Shown: positions 40,762 to 51,993, numbered from the stretch's first letter. The stretch is DNA of 64,000 nucleotides from Gammaproteobacteria bacterium (GCA_965202915.1 OZ241847.1:2194242-2258241); one strand, 5' to 3'. Notes: generated by a model not told the origin, from the sequence alone. Translations and numbers: made by a program.

Positions 40762-40786
40762 TCAAAATAATCAGCCCGGAAAGACG

Positions 40787-41689
40787 GTGCAACGCGGTAG
40801 AAACCTGAACGGTATATTATTATTGGATAAGCCCGCCGGCAGGACCTCCAACCAGGTTTTACAAGTCATCAAGAGACTATTTGATGCAGACAAGGCCGGG
40901 CACACCGGCAACTTGGACAGACCGGCGACCGGATTATTAATCATCTGTTTTGGCCGTGCCACCAAGATATCCGGCTTCCTGTTAAATGCGGATAAATATT
41001 ATCGAGTCCAATGCCGGTTGGGTATTCAAACCACAACCGGAGACGCCGAGGGTGATATCGTCGAGCAGAGACCGGTGGACAATTATTCTGCGACCGATAT
41101 CCGGCCGATACTATCGGCATTTACCGGTGAGAGTAAGCAGGTGCCGCCGATGTATTCCGCGCTGAAACATAATGGCCGGAGATTGTATCGACTCGCCTAT
41201 CGAGGCATCAACGTGGCGCGTAAACCGCGCAAAATAAAAATTTCCAAGATCAAGCTGCTTGACTATGCATCCGAGCGACTGAGCCTGGAAGTGCACTGCT
41301 CAAAAGGGACCTATATTCGCGTCCTGGTGGAAGATATTGGCGATAAGTTGGGTTGTGGCGCGCACGTGCATGATCTCAGACGGCTTGGTATCGGACATTT
41401 TAGCGCTCAGCAAATGCTGTCATTGGACACGATTGAGGACTTGGCGCAACAAGGATATGCCGCTCTGGATAAGTTGCTTCTCCCGATAGATGCGGCCTTG
41501 ACAAATTTGGCCACCGTATATCTGGATGAAAAGACGGCGTACTATTTGCGCCGGGGGCGGGCCGTGCGGGTGTCGGATGCGCCGGCACAGGGGTGGCTGC
41601 GAATCTATGATGAGCGGGGAAACTTTTTTGCCATTGGAGAGGCAAGGGGGGACGGGCATATCGCTACAAAGCGTTTAATCATCCCCTGA
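40787..41689 (+). CDS. truB: tRNA pseudouridine-55 synthase TruB. A GTG start at 40787 is preferred over the ATG at 40730, which would overlap rbfA by 32 nt.
   Basis: ...RGRNLNGILLLDKPAGRTSNQ...GHTGNLD... follows the E. coli TruB pattern. Confidence 0.85.
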   Translation: MQRGRNLNGILLLDKPAGRTSNQVLQVIKRLFDADKAGHTGNLDRPATGLLIICFGRATKISGFLLNADKYYRVQCRLGIQTTTGDAEGDIVEQRPVDNYSATDIRPILSAFTGESKQVPPMYSALKHNGRRLYRLAYRGINVARKPRKIKISKIKLLDYASERLSLEVHCSKGTYIRVLVEDIGDKLGCGAHVHDLRRLGIGHFSAQQMLSLDTIEDLAQQGYAALDKLLLPIDAALTNLATVYLDEKTAYYLRRGRAVRVSDAPAQGWLRIYDERGNFFAIGEARGDGHIATKRLIIP

Positions 41690-41788
41690 TCGGTGGGCAC
41701 TGCCAAGCGATAAAAATAGCGGGAATAGAGTGTATCTTTATGGCTCCGAGACAAACCAGGCACCATTTCTTCCATGCGGGTTATCGAT

Positions 41789-42973
41789 TTACCAGGGACG
41801 GAGAACAAAATCAGCGACTTTCGAAGAATAATCTATCGGGGGAATGCGATGCCTTTTCCATTTGGGTTGGGCCAGCTCATCCAATGCCTCAAGGATTTCC
41901 GGTTCTGACGCATCTGCCGGCAGCGACAGACCCGCTTTGAAACGATGAATTTCCTTTATGGTGTCTGCTTCCGGCGGCCCAAGAAATAGAACCGGCGCCT
42001 CCGTTTGGAGAATTCCGTACAGCTTGCTGGGAATAATGATGCCCTCCCATCCCGGATTCATTGTGATTAAGTGCACGGTGGCGTTGAAAAAAAGATTAGT
42101 GAATTCTTCCAATGGCGGATAATCAAGGACACAAAAGTTTTTGAGGTCGTTAGTATCCTCGATCAGCTGCTTGCGACCAGACCCGCGGATGACAAACACG
42201 AATATCCAGTCATTGTGGTTTGCTTCAGACAACAAACGAGCCGCGCCCACTAGGGCTTTTGAGGAATGACCCCGGCCAAGATTGCCCGCGTAGAGGGCGA
42301 TCTTGGCGTCCTTCAGTCCGTGCCTCTCGACAAGGCTGTCATTGCTTGTCTTGTGGCGCCGGAGCGGACGGGCATCCCATGGAGGGATCACAACAATTGC
42401 CTGATCGCGATTATGTAAGGCAGGATAACGACTTAGGCGTTGCTTCTGTTTCTCGCCGAGCGAGATCACGCCCGCAATACTTTTCAGTCCCAGGTTGTTT
42501 ACGCGGCGCAGGCAACGATAGACAATACCGCTCTCGTTTAGGAACGAAGCAGCCGCCAATGCCTCCGGATAGAGATCCATCGCCCACAAAATCAGAGAGC
42601 GCTTCCTGCCATAGCAAAACAGGCGTGAGGGCCAGGCACTGAAGATCAAAAAAGGTGGGTCCGTCAATAGAACACAACGGTCCCAGTTAAGCAGTGGGAC
42701 CCGGATGAGGGCCTGGCACCAGAACAGAAACCAGTTGAGAGGACGCAAGCGGAAAGGCGGGGTAAAGGCAAAATGCATGACAAATGCGCCGGCTCTATCC
42801 GCTCGCGCGGGCATTGAAGGCACGTATGAATCGCGGCTGGAAAAAACCTCCACGGTGTGACCCTTGACGGCCAGGTGGAGAGCCACGTCATGGAGCATTC
42901 TGCCGGAGGGAGAAGCCTGCTCGTCTCCGAAAAATCGATTGACTAAGAGAATACGCATGAAGGCAGGACTCAA
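41789..42973 (-). CDS. Glycosyltransferase, GT-B fold (GT1/GT4 family-like).
   Basis: 394 aa with ...ALYAGNLGRGH... and ...EAPVLFLGPP... blocks. It occupies the position where rpsO-pnp follow truB in enterics. Confidence 0.5.
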   Translation of the reverse strand: MSPAFMRILLVNRFFGDEQASPSGRMLHDVALHLAVKGHTVEVFSSRDSYVPSMPARADRAGAFVMHFAFTPPFRLRPLNWFLFWCQALIRVPLLNWDRCVLLTDPPFLIFSAWPSRLFCYGRKRSLILWAMDLYPEALAAASFLNESGIVYRCLRRVNNLGLKSIAGVISLGEKQKQRLSRYPALHNRDQAIVVIPPWDARPLRRHKTSNDSLVERHGLKDAKIALYAGNLGRGHSSKALVGAARLLSEANHNDWIFVFVIRGSGRKQLIEDTNDLKNFCVLDYPPLEEFTNLFFNATVHLITMNPGWEGIIIPSKLYGILQTEAPVLFLGPPEADTIKEIHRFKAGLSLPADASEPEILEALDELAQPKWKRHRIPPIDYSSKVADFVLRPW

Positions 42974-43465
42974 TTACAGTACAGGCAGTGTAGAAGCAGG
43001 TGCAAGCTGATAGACGGTCAATACGGTTACAAAAAATACCCTGATGCAGGACGACAAACCATGCCGGCATTTATTCTGTTGTCAATGAGTCTGGATTGCA
43101 GTCCGGGCATTATTGAGATTCCACATGAAATAGGTTGGCTATGATGTATGGGTATTATAAAACACCTGCATTGACAAATACAGCGGGGAAGCATGCACTT
43201 AGGTTGCAAAGGGGCCATTGATGGACAAGAGTTAAAGCATGGCTATTGCCGGCGTGGTGGTATCGCTTGAATAACGGTCACAGAGCCGGGCATGCATGGA
43301 ATCACAAAGCAAATTGGCACAACGGATAGCGGTCAATGCCAAAATTTCGTCTTTTTTACACTTAAATGCATTGCATGAGGACGGCGACTCATCTACAATT
43401 AACCCTTTAGCGTTTGTCTCACCGTCTTAAAATGAGGAAATTACTTAACCATGAGGATGCAATAG

Positions 43466-43963
43466 ATGCGGCACTATGAAATTGTGTTATTGGTCCATCC
43501 CGACCAGAGCGACCAGGTGCCCGCGATGGTAGATAAATACCAGGCCATGGTCACTACTAATGGTGGTGCCATTCATCGCATTGAAGACTGGGGACGGAGA
43601 TTGCTCGCCTATCCGATCAATAAAATGCATAAAGCGCATTATATTCTGCTCAATATCGAATGCGACGCGGATATCCTTAAACAGCTTACCGACGGGTTTT
43701 TCTTCAACGACGCGGTTATTCGTAATCTTGTTATTCGCCGTGACCGCGCCTTCAAGGAACCATCGCTGTTGGCAAAATCCGATGAAGAAGGTGATGACGG
43801 CGACGACGCGGAGGCACAGGAACCGGAAAGTGTTGAAGGAGAGGATTTAAAGCAGTCTGATGCACAGGAGCTGCCGGCGGATAACACCGCCGATCCGGTG
43901 GAAGAAACCTCCGGGGAACGCGACGAAACAGCCGAAGACGCGGCGGCAACCGATAAAGTATAG
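43466..43963 (+). CDS. rpsF: 30S ribosomal protein S6 with an extended acidic C-tail.
   Basis: [19 protein letters not shown]... has a long E/D-rich tail. Confidence 0.95.
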   Translation: MRHYEIVLLVHPDQSDQVPAMVDKYQAMVTTNGGAIHRIEDWGRRLLAYPINKMHKAHYILLNIECDADILKQLTDGFFFNDAVIRNLVIRRDRAFKEPSLLAKSDEEGDDGDDAEAQEPESVEGEDLKQSDAQELPADNTADPVEETSGERDETAEDAAATDKV

Positions 43964-43974
43964 AGGAACACTCG

Positions 43975-44199
43975 ATGGCATATTTTTTAAAACATAAGCG
44001 CTATTGCCGCTTTACAGTAGAGCGTGTTGAGGAAATTGATTACAAGGATATAAACATGCTAAGGAATTACATTACCGAAACGGGGAAAATTATCCCGAGT
44101 AGAATGTCCGGTACCAGTGCAAAATATCAGCGACAGTTGGCGACGGCAATTAAACGTGCAAGATTTCTGGCGCTTATGCCATACTGTGACGCACACTAG
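43975..44199 (+). CDS. rpsR: 30S ribosomal protein S18.
   Basis: 74 aa: ...[35 protein letters not shown]... There is no priB between rpsF and rpsR. Confidence 0.95.
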   Translation: MAYFLKHKRYCRFTVERVEEIDYKDINMLRNYITETGKIIPSRMSGTSAKYQRQLATAIKRARFLALMPYCDAH

Positions 44200-44292
44200 C
44201 AAAATATATATTATTGTTGTCACCCCCGGGTTGCCAGAATAACCATGACAAGCCGGGTATCGTCCGATACCATTTGATTTTGAGAAGCGGCA

Positions 44293-45195
44293 ATGCACGC
44301 ATTGGGCAACCATATACTTCGCGGCCGGTCACAAGCGATTATAATTATTACCGCCTTCACCCTGTGCTCCGTGATATTATTTCCATTGGCTTATTTGCTA
44401 AGTGGCGCGCCGCTGGCCCTGGTCACTTTGGGGCAAGGCAGTCGGCAGGGCCTGCAGGTTATTATCGGGGTCGGACTGGTTCTGACTTTATTTAGCCTGG
44501 CCGTGCAATGGCCGGTGCATCTGGTACTGGCATATTCTATTTTTATCTGGATACCGGTGTGGTTATGCGCAACCATTTTGCGCTTGAGTCAACAACAGGG
44601 CATACTGGTAACCGCGGCCGGTTTAATGGGCATAGTGACATTGGCCACCTTATACGTCACATTGAGCGACACTGGCGGCTGGTGGCAAAATCTGCTTAAT
44701 AACGTAATTGAAAAGAATCTGCCCATTGAGCAACAAGCCGAATACAAAGACAGGCTATTGCCGATGGCGGAGTTTATCAGCGCTTTGCTGGTGGTCGGCT
44801 TTGTGGTAAATTTGGTCACAACGGTCATGTTGTCGCGCTGGTGGCAGGCTTTGCTGTACAATCCGGGTGGATTCGGTAAAGAATTTCGCGCACTCCGGTT
44901 GCCACCGGTAATACTGATGCTGACCGCGGTAAATATTATTGCCTGCCTGGTCGTAGCCGAGCCCTGGGGCCGGTTTGCCAGAGACACGTTGGCGGTAATA
45001 GTATTTATGTTTTTATTTCAGGGTCTGGCTTTGGCGCATAGAACCGTCGACGCCAGGCGCTTACCTGATTTTTGGCTGGTGATCACGTACGGCTTACTGC
45101 TGCTTGTACCGGGGTTGGCACTGTTTATGGCCTGCCTGGGGATGATCGACAGTTGGCATGCAAGCCGTAAGCCCATCAGGCCTAATCATGATTAA
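44293..45195 (+). CDS. Multi-TM membrane protein, possibly DUF2232 (YybS-like).
   Basis: 300 aa with 7-8 TM segments. It sits between rpsR and rplI as in pseudomonads. Confidence 0.45.
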   Translation: MHALGNHILRGRSQAIIIITAFTLCSVILFPLAYLLSGAPLALVTLGQGSRQGLQVIIGVGLVLTLFSLAVQWPVHLVLAYSIFIWIPVWLCATILRLSQQQGILVTAAGLMGIVTLATLYVTLSDTGGWWQNLLNNVIEKNLPIEQQAEYKDRLLPMAEFISALLVVGFVVNLVTTVMLSRWWQALLYNPGGFGKEFRALRLPPVILMLTAVNIIACLVVAEPWGRFARDTLAVIVFMFLFQGLALAHRTVDARRLPDFWLVITYGLLLLVPGLALFMACLGMIDSWHASRKPIRPNHD

Positions 45196-45237
45196 GACGG
45201 GGCACTGTCCCATTTGTTAATTAACGGTAGCGATGAG

Positions 45238-45690
45238 ATGGACATTATTTTATTGGAAAAAGTGCATAGTCTCGGTGACCTGGGAGATCAGGTCAAAGTC
45301 AGGCCCGGATACGGGCGCAATTATTTGATACCCAGCGGCAAGGCGGTGGCAGCCTCCGATGATAATCGCAAGATGGTCAAAGTCCGGCAGGCGGAGCTGG
45401 AAAAACAGCAAAAACAAACCCTGGAGCGAGCCGCTGCCAGGGCCGAAAAGATGCGGGACTTGACAGTCGATATCACCAGCAAAGCCGGTGCCTCGGGCAA
45501 ACTGTTTGGTTCCGTGGGAACCGCCGATATAGCCGCCGCGGCCACGGCCGCCGGAGTGGAACTCGCCAAGCACGAGGTCAGATTACCGCAGGGTTCACTA
45601 CGGGCAACGGGTGAATATGATATTGACGTGCAATTACACGCGGACGTGACAACGGCAATTAAAATCAATATTGTAGCGGAGGAATCTTAG
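45238..45690 (+). CDS. rplI: 50S ribosomal protein L9.
   Basis: MDIILLEKVHSLGDLGDQVKVRPGYGRNYLIPSGKAV. Confidence 0.95.
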   Translation: MDIILLEKVHSLGDLGDQVKVRPGYGRNYLIPSGKAVAASDDNRKMVKVRQAELEKQQKQTLERAAARAEKMRDLTVDITSKAGASGKLFGSVGTADIAAAATAAGVELAKHEVRLPQGSLRATGEYDIDVQLHADVTTAIKINIVAEES

Positions 45691-45853
45691 CTATAGGTAT
45701 GATGCACTTTTAGCTCCAGGCCATCAAACATCCCATCTCGTATTAGATACGCGGATAGGTTGATGAATTTGTAAGCTGCTGCCGATGACCCCGGTTCCGT
45801 GGCTTGTTGCGAAAGCTCATCATTGCAGAGCAAACGAAAATCCGGAGGAAATA

Positions 45854-47281
45854 ATGCAGGAAATGGCTCAAACACCCGGTGCCGGTGACGCCGAAGTTGA
45901 TGCTTTGAAAATCCCGCCTCACTCCATTGAGGCCGAGCAGTCGGTGCTGGGTGGCGTGTTGTTGGATAAAAATGCCTGGGTTAAAGCCACCGAACACGTT
46001 CGGCAAGAGGATTTTTACCGGAAAGACCACAGACTTATCTTTCAGGCCATCGCCAGGCTGGATAACGAAGGTCAGCCGTTCGATATCGTCACAGTGGCGG
46101 AATGGCTGGAAAACCATCAACAGCTCGAAGACGCCGGCGGGATAAGTTATCTGGCCGCATTGGCGGAAAACACCCCCCACGTCAGCAACATTGCCGTCTA
46201 TGCCGATATAGTACGAAAGCGCTCGATCCTGCGTCAACTCATCACCGCAACCAGGAATATAGGCGACACCATTTTTAATCCGCAGGGTAGAAGCAGCGAC
46301 GAAATTCTGGATTTTGCCGAGCAGTTGGTGTTTGAAATCGCCGAACAGGAAGGGCGTAGCAAAAAAAATTACAAGAACATCAAAGACGTTGTGGCAACCG
46401 CGCTTAAACGCGTGGATGAACTGTTTCACAAGAACAGTCCCATTACCGGCGTGGCAACCGGTTTCGATGATCTGGATGCCAAAACGGCGGGCCTGCAACC
46501 CTCCGATCTGATCATCATTGCCGGACGTCCGTCCATGGGAAAAACCGCACTGGCAATTAATATCGCCGAGCATGCCGCGATCAAGGACAAAATGACCGTT
46601 GCTATCTTCAGCATGGAAATGTCGGGCGAACAACTTGCCATGCGGATGATGGCGTCGCTGGCGCGTATCGATCAACACAATATCCGCACCGGTAGGCTTG
46701 ATGAAGACGATTGGCCAAGATTAACCTCTTCACTGGCGGTATTGTCGGAAACCAGCATGTTTATCGATGATACCCCGGCGTTAACGCCCGCCGAATTAAG
46801 AGCACGTTGCCGACGTATTGCCAGAGAGCAGCACGGTCTTGATATGATTGTGGTTGATTACCTGCAACTCATGCAAGTGCCGGGTACGGCGGAGAATCGA
46901 GCCACGGAATTATCCGGGATATCCCGTTCCCTAAAGGCAATGGCAAAGGAATTGAATATTCCAGTGGTTGCATTATCACAATTAAATCGCAGTCTCGAAC
47001 AACGGCCCAACAGACGTCCGGTGATGTCCGACCTGCGTGAGAGTGGCGCGATTGAACAGGACGCCGACGTTATCCTGTTTATTTATCGCGACGAGGTTTA
47101 TGACAAGGACAGTCCCGACAAAGGCATGGCCGAAATCATTATAAGCAAACAAAGAAACGGCCCGATTGGCATGGTGAAATTGGCTTTCAGGGGACAATTT
47201 ACCCGCTTTGAAAATTATATTGAGGAACGGGACCTGGTCCTGGCGGGCGACTCATACCTTGTATCGAGATCGGATGAATGA
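45854..47281 (+). CDS. dnaB: Replicative DNA helicase DnaB.
   Basis: A GGAGGA RBS precedes the start. LKIPPHSIEAEQSVLGGVLLD and the Walker motif GRPSMGKTALA are present. Confidence 0.95.
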   Translation: MQEMAQTPGAGDAEVDALKIPPHSIEAEQSVLGGVLLDKNAWVKATEHVRQEDFYRKDHRLIFQAIARLDNEGQPFDIVTVAEWLENHQQLEDAGGISYLAALAENTPHVSNIAVYADIVRKRSILRQLITATRNIGDTIFNPQGRSSDEILDFAEQLVFEIAEQEGRSKKNYKNIKDVVATALKRVDELFHKNSPITGVATGFDDLDAKTAGLQPSDLIIIAGRPSMGKTALAINIAEHAAIKDKMTVAIFSMEMSGEQLAMRMMASLARIDQHNIRTGRLDEDDWPRLTSSLAVLSETSMFIDDTPALTPAELRARCRRIAREQHGLDMIVVDYLQLMQVPGTAENRATELSGISRSLKAMAKELNIPVVALSQLNRSLEQRPNRRPVMSDLRESGAIEQDADVILFIYRDEVYDKDSPDKGMAEIIISKQRNGPIGMVKLAFRGQFTRFENYIEERDLVLAGDSYLVSRSDE

Positions 47282-48351
47282 CGCGACCATCCCGGGTCAT
47301 TATTGATCGCGCCGCACTTCAGCATAATTTTTCTGTTGTAAAATCCATCGCCCCCGCCGCCCGGATCATGGCCATCATCAAGGCCGATGCCTATGGTCAC
47401 GGCCTGATCCGGGTCGCAAAGCTGTTGCGCGACGCCGATGCCTTTGGGGTGGCCTGCCTGGAAGAGGCAAGCCAATTGCGCGACGCCAATATTGACCGGA
47501 CCATAGTCTTGCTTGAGGGCCCGTATGATGCCGGGGATATCCCTCCGGTGCGTGATCTCAAACTGGATATCGTCATCCATAACCAACACCAGATCGAGAT
47601 GTTAAAAGGCGCATCCTGCTACGATCTGCAAACCTGGATCAAGGTCGACACCGGCATGCATCGTCTGGGATTCCAGGCCGATGCGGTTGCCAACGTGTGC
47701 CAACAATTGGAAGCCTTGCGCTTGTCCCGCCCACCAAGACTCATGACTCACCTGGCGGTCGCGGACCAGCCGAAGAATCAATTTAATCGATTACAATTGG
47801 CGCGCTTTAGTGAGCTCAACGCAGGCGTCGCGCTGGAAAAAAGTGTTGCCAATTCCGCCGCGATTCTGGCCGAATCTGAAACTCATATGCATTGGGTCCG
47901 CCCCGGCTTGATGCTCTATGGCGTCTCGCCCTTTCCCGAAAAACAGGCAAATGATCATGATTTAAAACCGGTTATGACCCTGGAGTCGGAATTGATCTCG
48001 GTCCGGTGGTTAAAAAAAAATGAACCGGTCGGCTATGGCGCCGATTGGCGTTGCCCGGAAGATATGCCGATAGGCACAGTGGCTACCGGATATTGCGATG
48101 GCTTTTCCAGGCACGCGCGCCCCGGCACCCCGATATTGGTGCACGGCAAACGCTGCGCACTCATTGGCAGGGTGTCGATGGATATGCTCACCGTAGATCT
48201 GCGCAATTGTGCCACCGCCGGTATCGGCGCGCCGGTTACGCTATGGGGAAACGGATTGCCGGTGGAGGAAATTGCCAGGGCGGCCGATACCATCCCCTAT
48301 GAATTATTATGCGGCGTCCATAAGCGGCTTGAATTTGTAGAACGTGGCTAA
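47278..48351 (+). CDS. alr: Alanine racemase.
   Basis: The PLP lysine motif AIIKADAYGHG is present. Its start overlaps the dnaB stop. Confidence 0.9.
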   Translation: MTRPSRVIIDRAALQHNFSVVKSIAPAARIMAIIKADAYGHGLIRVAKLLRDADAFGVACLEEASQLRDANIDRTIVLLEGPYDAGDIPPVRDLKLDIVIHNQHQIEMLKGASCYDLQTWIKVDTGMHRLGFQADAVANVCQQLEALRLSRPPRLMTHLAVADQPKNQFNRLQLARFSELNAGVALEKSVANSAAILAESETHMHWVRPGLMLYGVSPFPEKQANDHDLKPVMTLESELISVRWLKKNEPVGYGADWRCPEDMPIGTVATGYCDGFSRHARPGTPILVHGKRCALIGRVSMDMLTVDLRNCATAGIGAPVTLWGNGLPVEEIARAADTIPYELLCGVHKRLEFVERG

Positions 48352-49726
48352 AACAAAAATACAATTTCAATGCAGTGAATGCAGTGCAATAGCCCCAAAA
48401 TGGTCCGGACAATGCGCGGAATGCCGATCATGGAACAGTATGATTGAGGTGACAATGGCGGCGCCGTCCCTACATACCGCACGGTTACCACAGGACTCAG
48501 GCGAGTCGGTAAAAGTCTGCGCGCTCAGTGCGGTACGCTTTAATGATGAGCCGCGTCAGCATACCGGCATCGCCGAACTCGACGTCGTCATTGGCGGTGG
48601 CATAGTCAAGGGATCGGTGACATTGATAGGAGGCGATCCGGGGATCGGCAAATCCACCCTGTTATTACAGGCCTTGTCGGGACTCAGGCAAGTCGGCAAT
48701 ATAAGCAGCTTGTACGTAACCGGCGAAGAATCGGCGCAACAGGTGGGTTTGAGGGCACAAAGACTGGGGTTGCCGCTTGACGGTCTGAAATTACTTACCG
48801 ACAACCGGCTTGAAAGAATATTAACCATCATCGCCGGCGAACAACCGCAGGTTATCGTCATTGATTCCATCCAGACAATGTACAGTGAACTGGTGCAGTC
48901 GGCGCCCGGGTCCGTTGCCCAGGTGCGTGAATGCGCGGCACAATTGGTGCGGTTTGCCAAATACAGCGGTACCGCGGTATTTCTTGTCGGACACGTGACC
49001 AAAGAAGGGGCGCTGGCCGGCCCGCGTGTACTGGAACACATGGTTGATACCGTTTTGTATTTTGAGGGTGAGCACGATAGTCGCTACCGGATAGTGCGGT
49101 CGGTCAAGAACCGATTCGGCGCGGTCAATGAACTGGGGATCTTTGCGATGACCGATAAGGGATTCAAAGAGGTGAATAACCCGTCGGCAATATTCCTGTC
49201 ACGCCATGATGAACAAATACCGGGGTCGGTGGTGATGGTGATGCGTGAAGGCACCCGGCCCATACTGGTCGAGGTGCAGGCGCTGGTTGACGCCGGGCAC
49301 CCCGGCAATCCCCGCCGAGTCATACTGGGCATGGAACAAAACCGCCTGGCGATGCTGTTGGCGGTATTGCATCGTCACGCCGGTATCGTCACCACCGACC
49401 AGGATATATACGTCAACGTGGTCGGTGGCGTGCGCATCAGCGAGACTGGTGCCGACCTGGCCATTTTGCTGGCGATCATGTCCAGTTTACGCAACCAATG
49501 CCTGCCTTTGGATTTGGTCGTGTTTGGAGAAGTGGGTTTGTCCGGTGAAATTCGTCCGGTTCAGAATGGTCCGGAAAGATTGAATGAGGCGGTCAAACAT
49601 GGTTTCAAGAATGCCATTATTCCAGGGGCCAATAAACCCAGACAAAATATCGCCGGCTTAAATGTTATTGCAACCGACAATTTACAGTCGGCACTACAGG
49701 CACTCAAACGGCTCTGCCGGTTGTGA
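48344..49726 (+). CDS. radA: DNA repair protein RadA/Sms.
   Basis: It has an N-terminal C4 zinc finger (CSECSAIAPKWSGQCAEC), the RecA-like motif GGDPGIGKSTLLLQ and a Lon-like C-terminus. Confidence 0.95.
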   Translation: MAKTKIQFQCSECSAIAPKWSGQCAECRSWNSMIEVTMAAPSLHTARLPQDSGESVKVCALSAVRFNDEPRQHTGIAELDVVIGGGIVKGSVTLIGGDPGIGKSTLLLQALSGLRQVGNISSLYVTGEESAQQVGLRAQRLGLPLDGLKLLTDNRLERILTIIAGEQPQVIVIDSIQTMYSELVQSAPGSVAQVRECAAQLVRFAKYSGTAVFLVGHVTKEGALAGPRVLEHMVDTVLYFEGEHDSRYRIVRSVKNRFGAVNELGIFAMTDKGFKEVNNPSAIFLSRHDEQIPGSVVMVMREGTRPILVEVQALVDAGHPGNPRRVILGMEQNRLAMLLAVLHRHAGIVTTDQDIYVNVVGGVRISETGADLAILLAIMSSLRNQCLPLDLVVFGEVGLSGEIRPVQNGPERLNEAVKHGFKNAIIPGANKPRQNIAGLNVIATDNLQSALQALKRLCRL

Positions 49727-49820
49727 ACCGATTTGCATGGCCTGAAAATATTGTCTCACTGATGCATTGGATTAGCGTATCGCTTATAAAAAAAGGATTC
49801 CAGGGGCGGCCCGGAAAAAA

Positions 49821-51143
49821 CTAAACCGGCGTGGAGTGGCGTACGTCTTCAGTAATTCTGGCTTTCTTAACCGCGTTATCAACAACCTGAATGATTTCTA
49901 TGGTGTAATTATTTATGCGTAAGCTGGTATTCGCAACCGGAATATGTTCAAGCTGTTCCAGGACCAGACCATTCAATGTTTTCGCCCTTTCGGTCGGGAA
50001 ATTCCATTGTAATTGCCGATTTATTTCTCTCAGCGCGATCGACCCATCCACCATATAAACGCCATTTCCCTGTTCATGTATGTCTTGGTTAAACATCTGC
50101 ATATTGGTTGTGAACTCACCGACAATCTCTTCAAGAATATCTTCCATGGTTACAATACCCTTAATGACGCCATATTCATCCACCACCAGGCCATAGCGAA
50201 GTTTTTGACGCTGAAAATTAAATAACTGTGTATGCAGTGGCGTACCCTCAGGCACAAAATAAGGCTCGGACAAGACGTCTCTGAGTGCCTCGGGGGTGAA
50301 ACCATCTTTATCGGATAAGACCCGCAGGACGCGACGAACGTGCAGTACCCCGATAACATTATCAATATCCCTGTCATAAACCGGCAGGCGGGTATGCTGA
50401 CTACGGTCCAGTTGCTTGATGACGTTGCCGGCCGCTTGGTTGATATCGATCGCCACCATTTCGTTGCGCTTAATCATGATATCATCAACGGTGACGTTCT
50501 CCAGCTCAAGGATATTCATCAGCATTTTTTTATGGCGCGGCGGGATCAGGTGACCGGCCTCCCTGACGACGGTATGCAACTCATCACGAGACAGCGCCAC
50601 TCCGGTTTGGCCCTCCGGATCTATCTTGAACAGCATAAGTATGCCATTTGATATTTTATTGACGACAAATACCGCCGGGTAACACAGCTTCATCAACACC
50701 GACAAGACGTGCGAGGCCGGAAACGCAACGGCTTCGGGATACAACGCGGCCGTGGTCTTGGGCAACACCTCGGCAAAGATAAGGAACACAACAACCAGGA
50801 TAAAAGGCGCCAGCGCCACGCCGACGTCTCCCAATAGACGCATACCGATTAAGGTGGCAATAGTCGCGGCAATGAGATTGACGAGATTATTACCAAGCAG
50901 AATCAATCCAAATAATCGATCCGGGCGCTGTAATAATCGGTTGGCTTTAATTGCAGACTTATGATTATTCTTAACGAGATGACGCAGGCGATAACGATTG
51001 AGCGCCATCATACCTGTCTCAGAACTTGAAAAAAAAGCCGACAGGACAATCATGATCCCGAGCACAGCAAATAATACGGACAGGGGAATATCGTTCAAGT
51101 AATTTATGGTACCGGTTGTGGACTGGATATCATTTTGAGACAA
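49821..51143 (-). CDS. CNNM/CorC-HlyC-family membrane protein (DUF21 domain, CBS pair and CorC_HlyC domain).
   Basis: 440 aa with N-terminal TM segments, CBS domains and a C-terminal CorC_HlyC-like region. Confidence 0.75.
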   Translation of the reverse strand: MSQNDIQSTTGTINYLNDIPLSVLFAVLGIMIVLSAFFSSSETGMMALNRYRLRHLVKNNHKSAIKANRLLQRPDRLFGLILLGNNLVNLIAATIATLIGMRLLGDVGVALAPFILVVVFLIFAEVLPKTTAALYPEAVAFPASHVLSVLMKLCYPAVFVVNKISNGILMLFKIDPEGQTGVALSRDELHTVVREAGHLIPPRHKKMLMNILELENVTVDDIMIKRNEMVAIDINQAAGNVIKQLDRSQHTRLPVYDRDIDNVIGVLHVRRVLRVLSDKDGFTPEALRDVLSEPYFVPEGTPLHTQLFNFQRQKLRYGLVVDEYGVIKGIVTMEDILEEIVGEFTTNMQMFNQDIHEQGNGVYMVDGSIALREINRQLQWNFPTERAKTLNGLVLEQLEHIPVANTSLRINNYTIEIIQVVDNAVKKARITEDVRHSTPV

Positions 51144-51183
51144 AACCGGGGCATGTCAAGTCCAAATATTGCCCGGCGGACGA

Positions 51184-51993
51184 CTATACCCGCTTGAGAA
51201 TCAATTCCAGCACCATTTTGGAACCAAAATAGGCCAATAGCAGTAATGAAAAACCGCCTAATGCCCATTTCACGACGGTAATTCCCCGCCATCCCAAACG
51301 CCAACGCCCCCACAACAGAATGCCATAGACAAACCAGGCAAAAATCGAAAACACGGTTTTATGGGCAAGATGTTGAGCAAAGATATTATGGATAAACATC
51401 AGGCCGGAGGCGAGACTCAGGCTGAGTAAAAAGAACCCGATCATTATCAATTGAATCAACAGACTTTCCGTAGTCTGCATCGGTGGCAATATATTAAACA
51501 ATCCGGTGAAATGTTTATTCCGCAGGGTATATTCCTGGATATAAAGCATAAACGCCTGCAACGTGGCGATGGCAAGCAGGCTATAGGCAACAAGCGACAG
51601 CAAAATATGAAACTGTAGCCCAAATGACAGCAAACTATCCGGGGCTCCGGGATCATGCAGAGAGTATTGCAGGACCAGCACGATCACCGCCAACGGATAA
51701 ATAATTATCAACAGGCTTTCCACCGGTTTAACAACTGCGGTGAACGTGGCTATGGTGACGATAAGCCATGCCACCAGGGATAATGCATTATAGAAACCCA
51801 GGTCAACAACACCAGCAACAAGTAGGGTTTGATAGAGTGAAACCGCATGCAGAATCAACGCGCCCGCACCAACACCGAGATATAAAAACCGCGACCCAAA
51901 CCGGCTGCCAGGCCCCCCGGAAAAACGCATAAGGAGCATAACACTTGCCAGCAGATAGCCGACCATCGTCAATCCGAGGATAATAATATTCAT
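51184..51993 (-). CDS. Cytochrome c assembly family (CcsA-like/YpjD-like) inner membrane protein.
   Basis: 269 aa, multi-TM. It is paired with the CorC-family gene as ypjD/yfjD are in enterics. Confidence 0.6.
   Translation of the reverse strand: MNIIILGLTMVGYLLASVMLLMRFSGGPGSRFGSRFLYLGVGAGALILHAVSLYQTLLVAGVVDLGFYNALSLVAWLIVTIATFTAVVKPVESLLIIIYPLAVIVLVLQYSLHDPGAPDSLLSFGLQFHILLSLVAYSLLAIATLQAFMLYIQEYTLRNKHFTGLFNILPPMQTTESLLIQLIMIGFFLLSLSLASGLMFIHNIFAQHLAHKTVFSIFAWFVYGILLWGRWRLGWRGITVVKWALGGFSLLLLAYFGSKMVLELILKRV

Noticed and set aside
45743-46678. A 311-aa minus-strand ORF antisense to dnaB.
   Set aside because: It overlaps the conserved dnaB reading frame, which has strong motif support, and there is no independent evidence for it.
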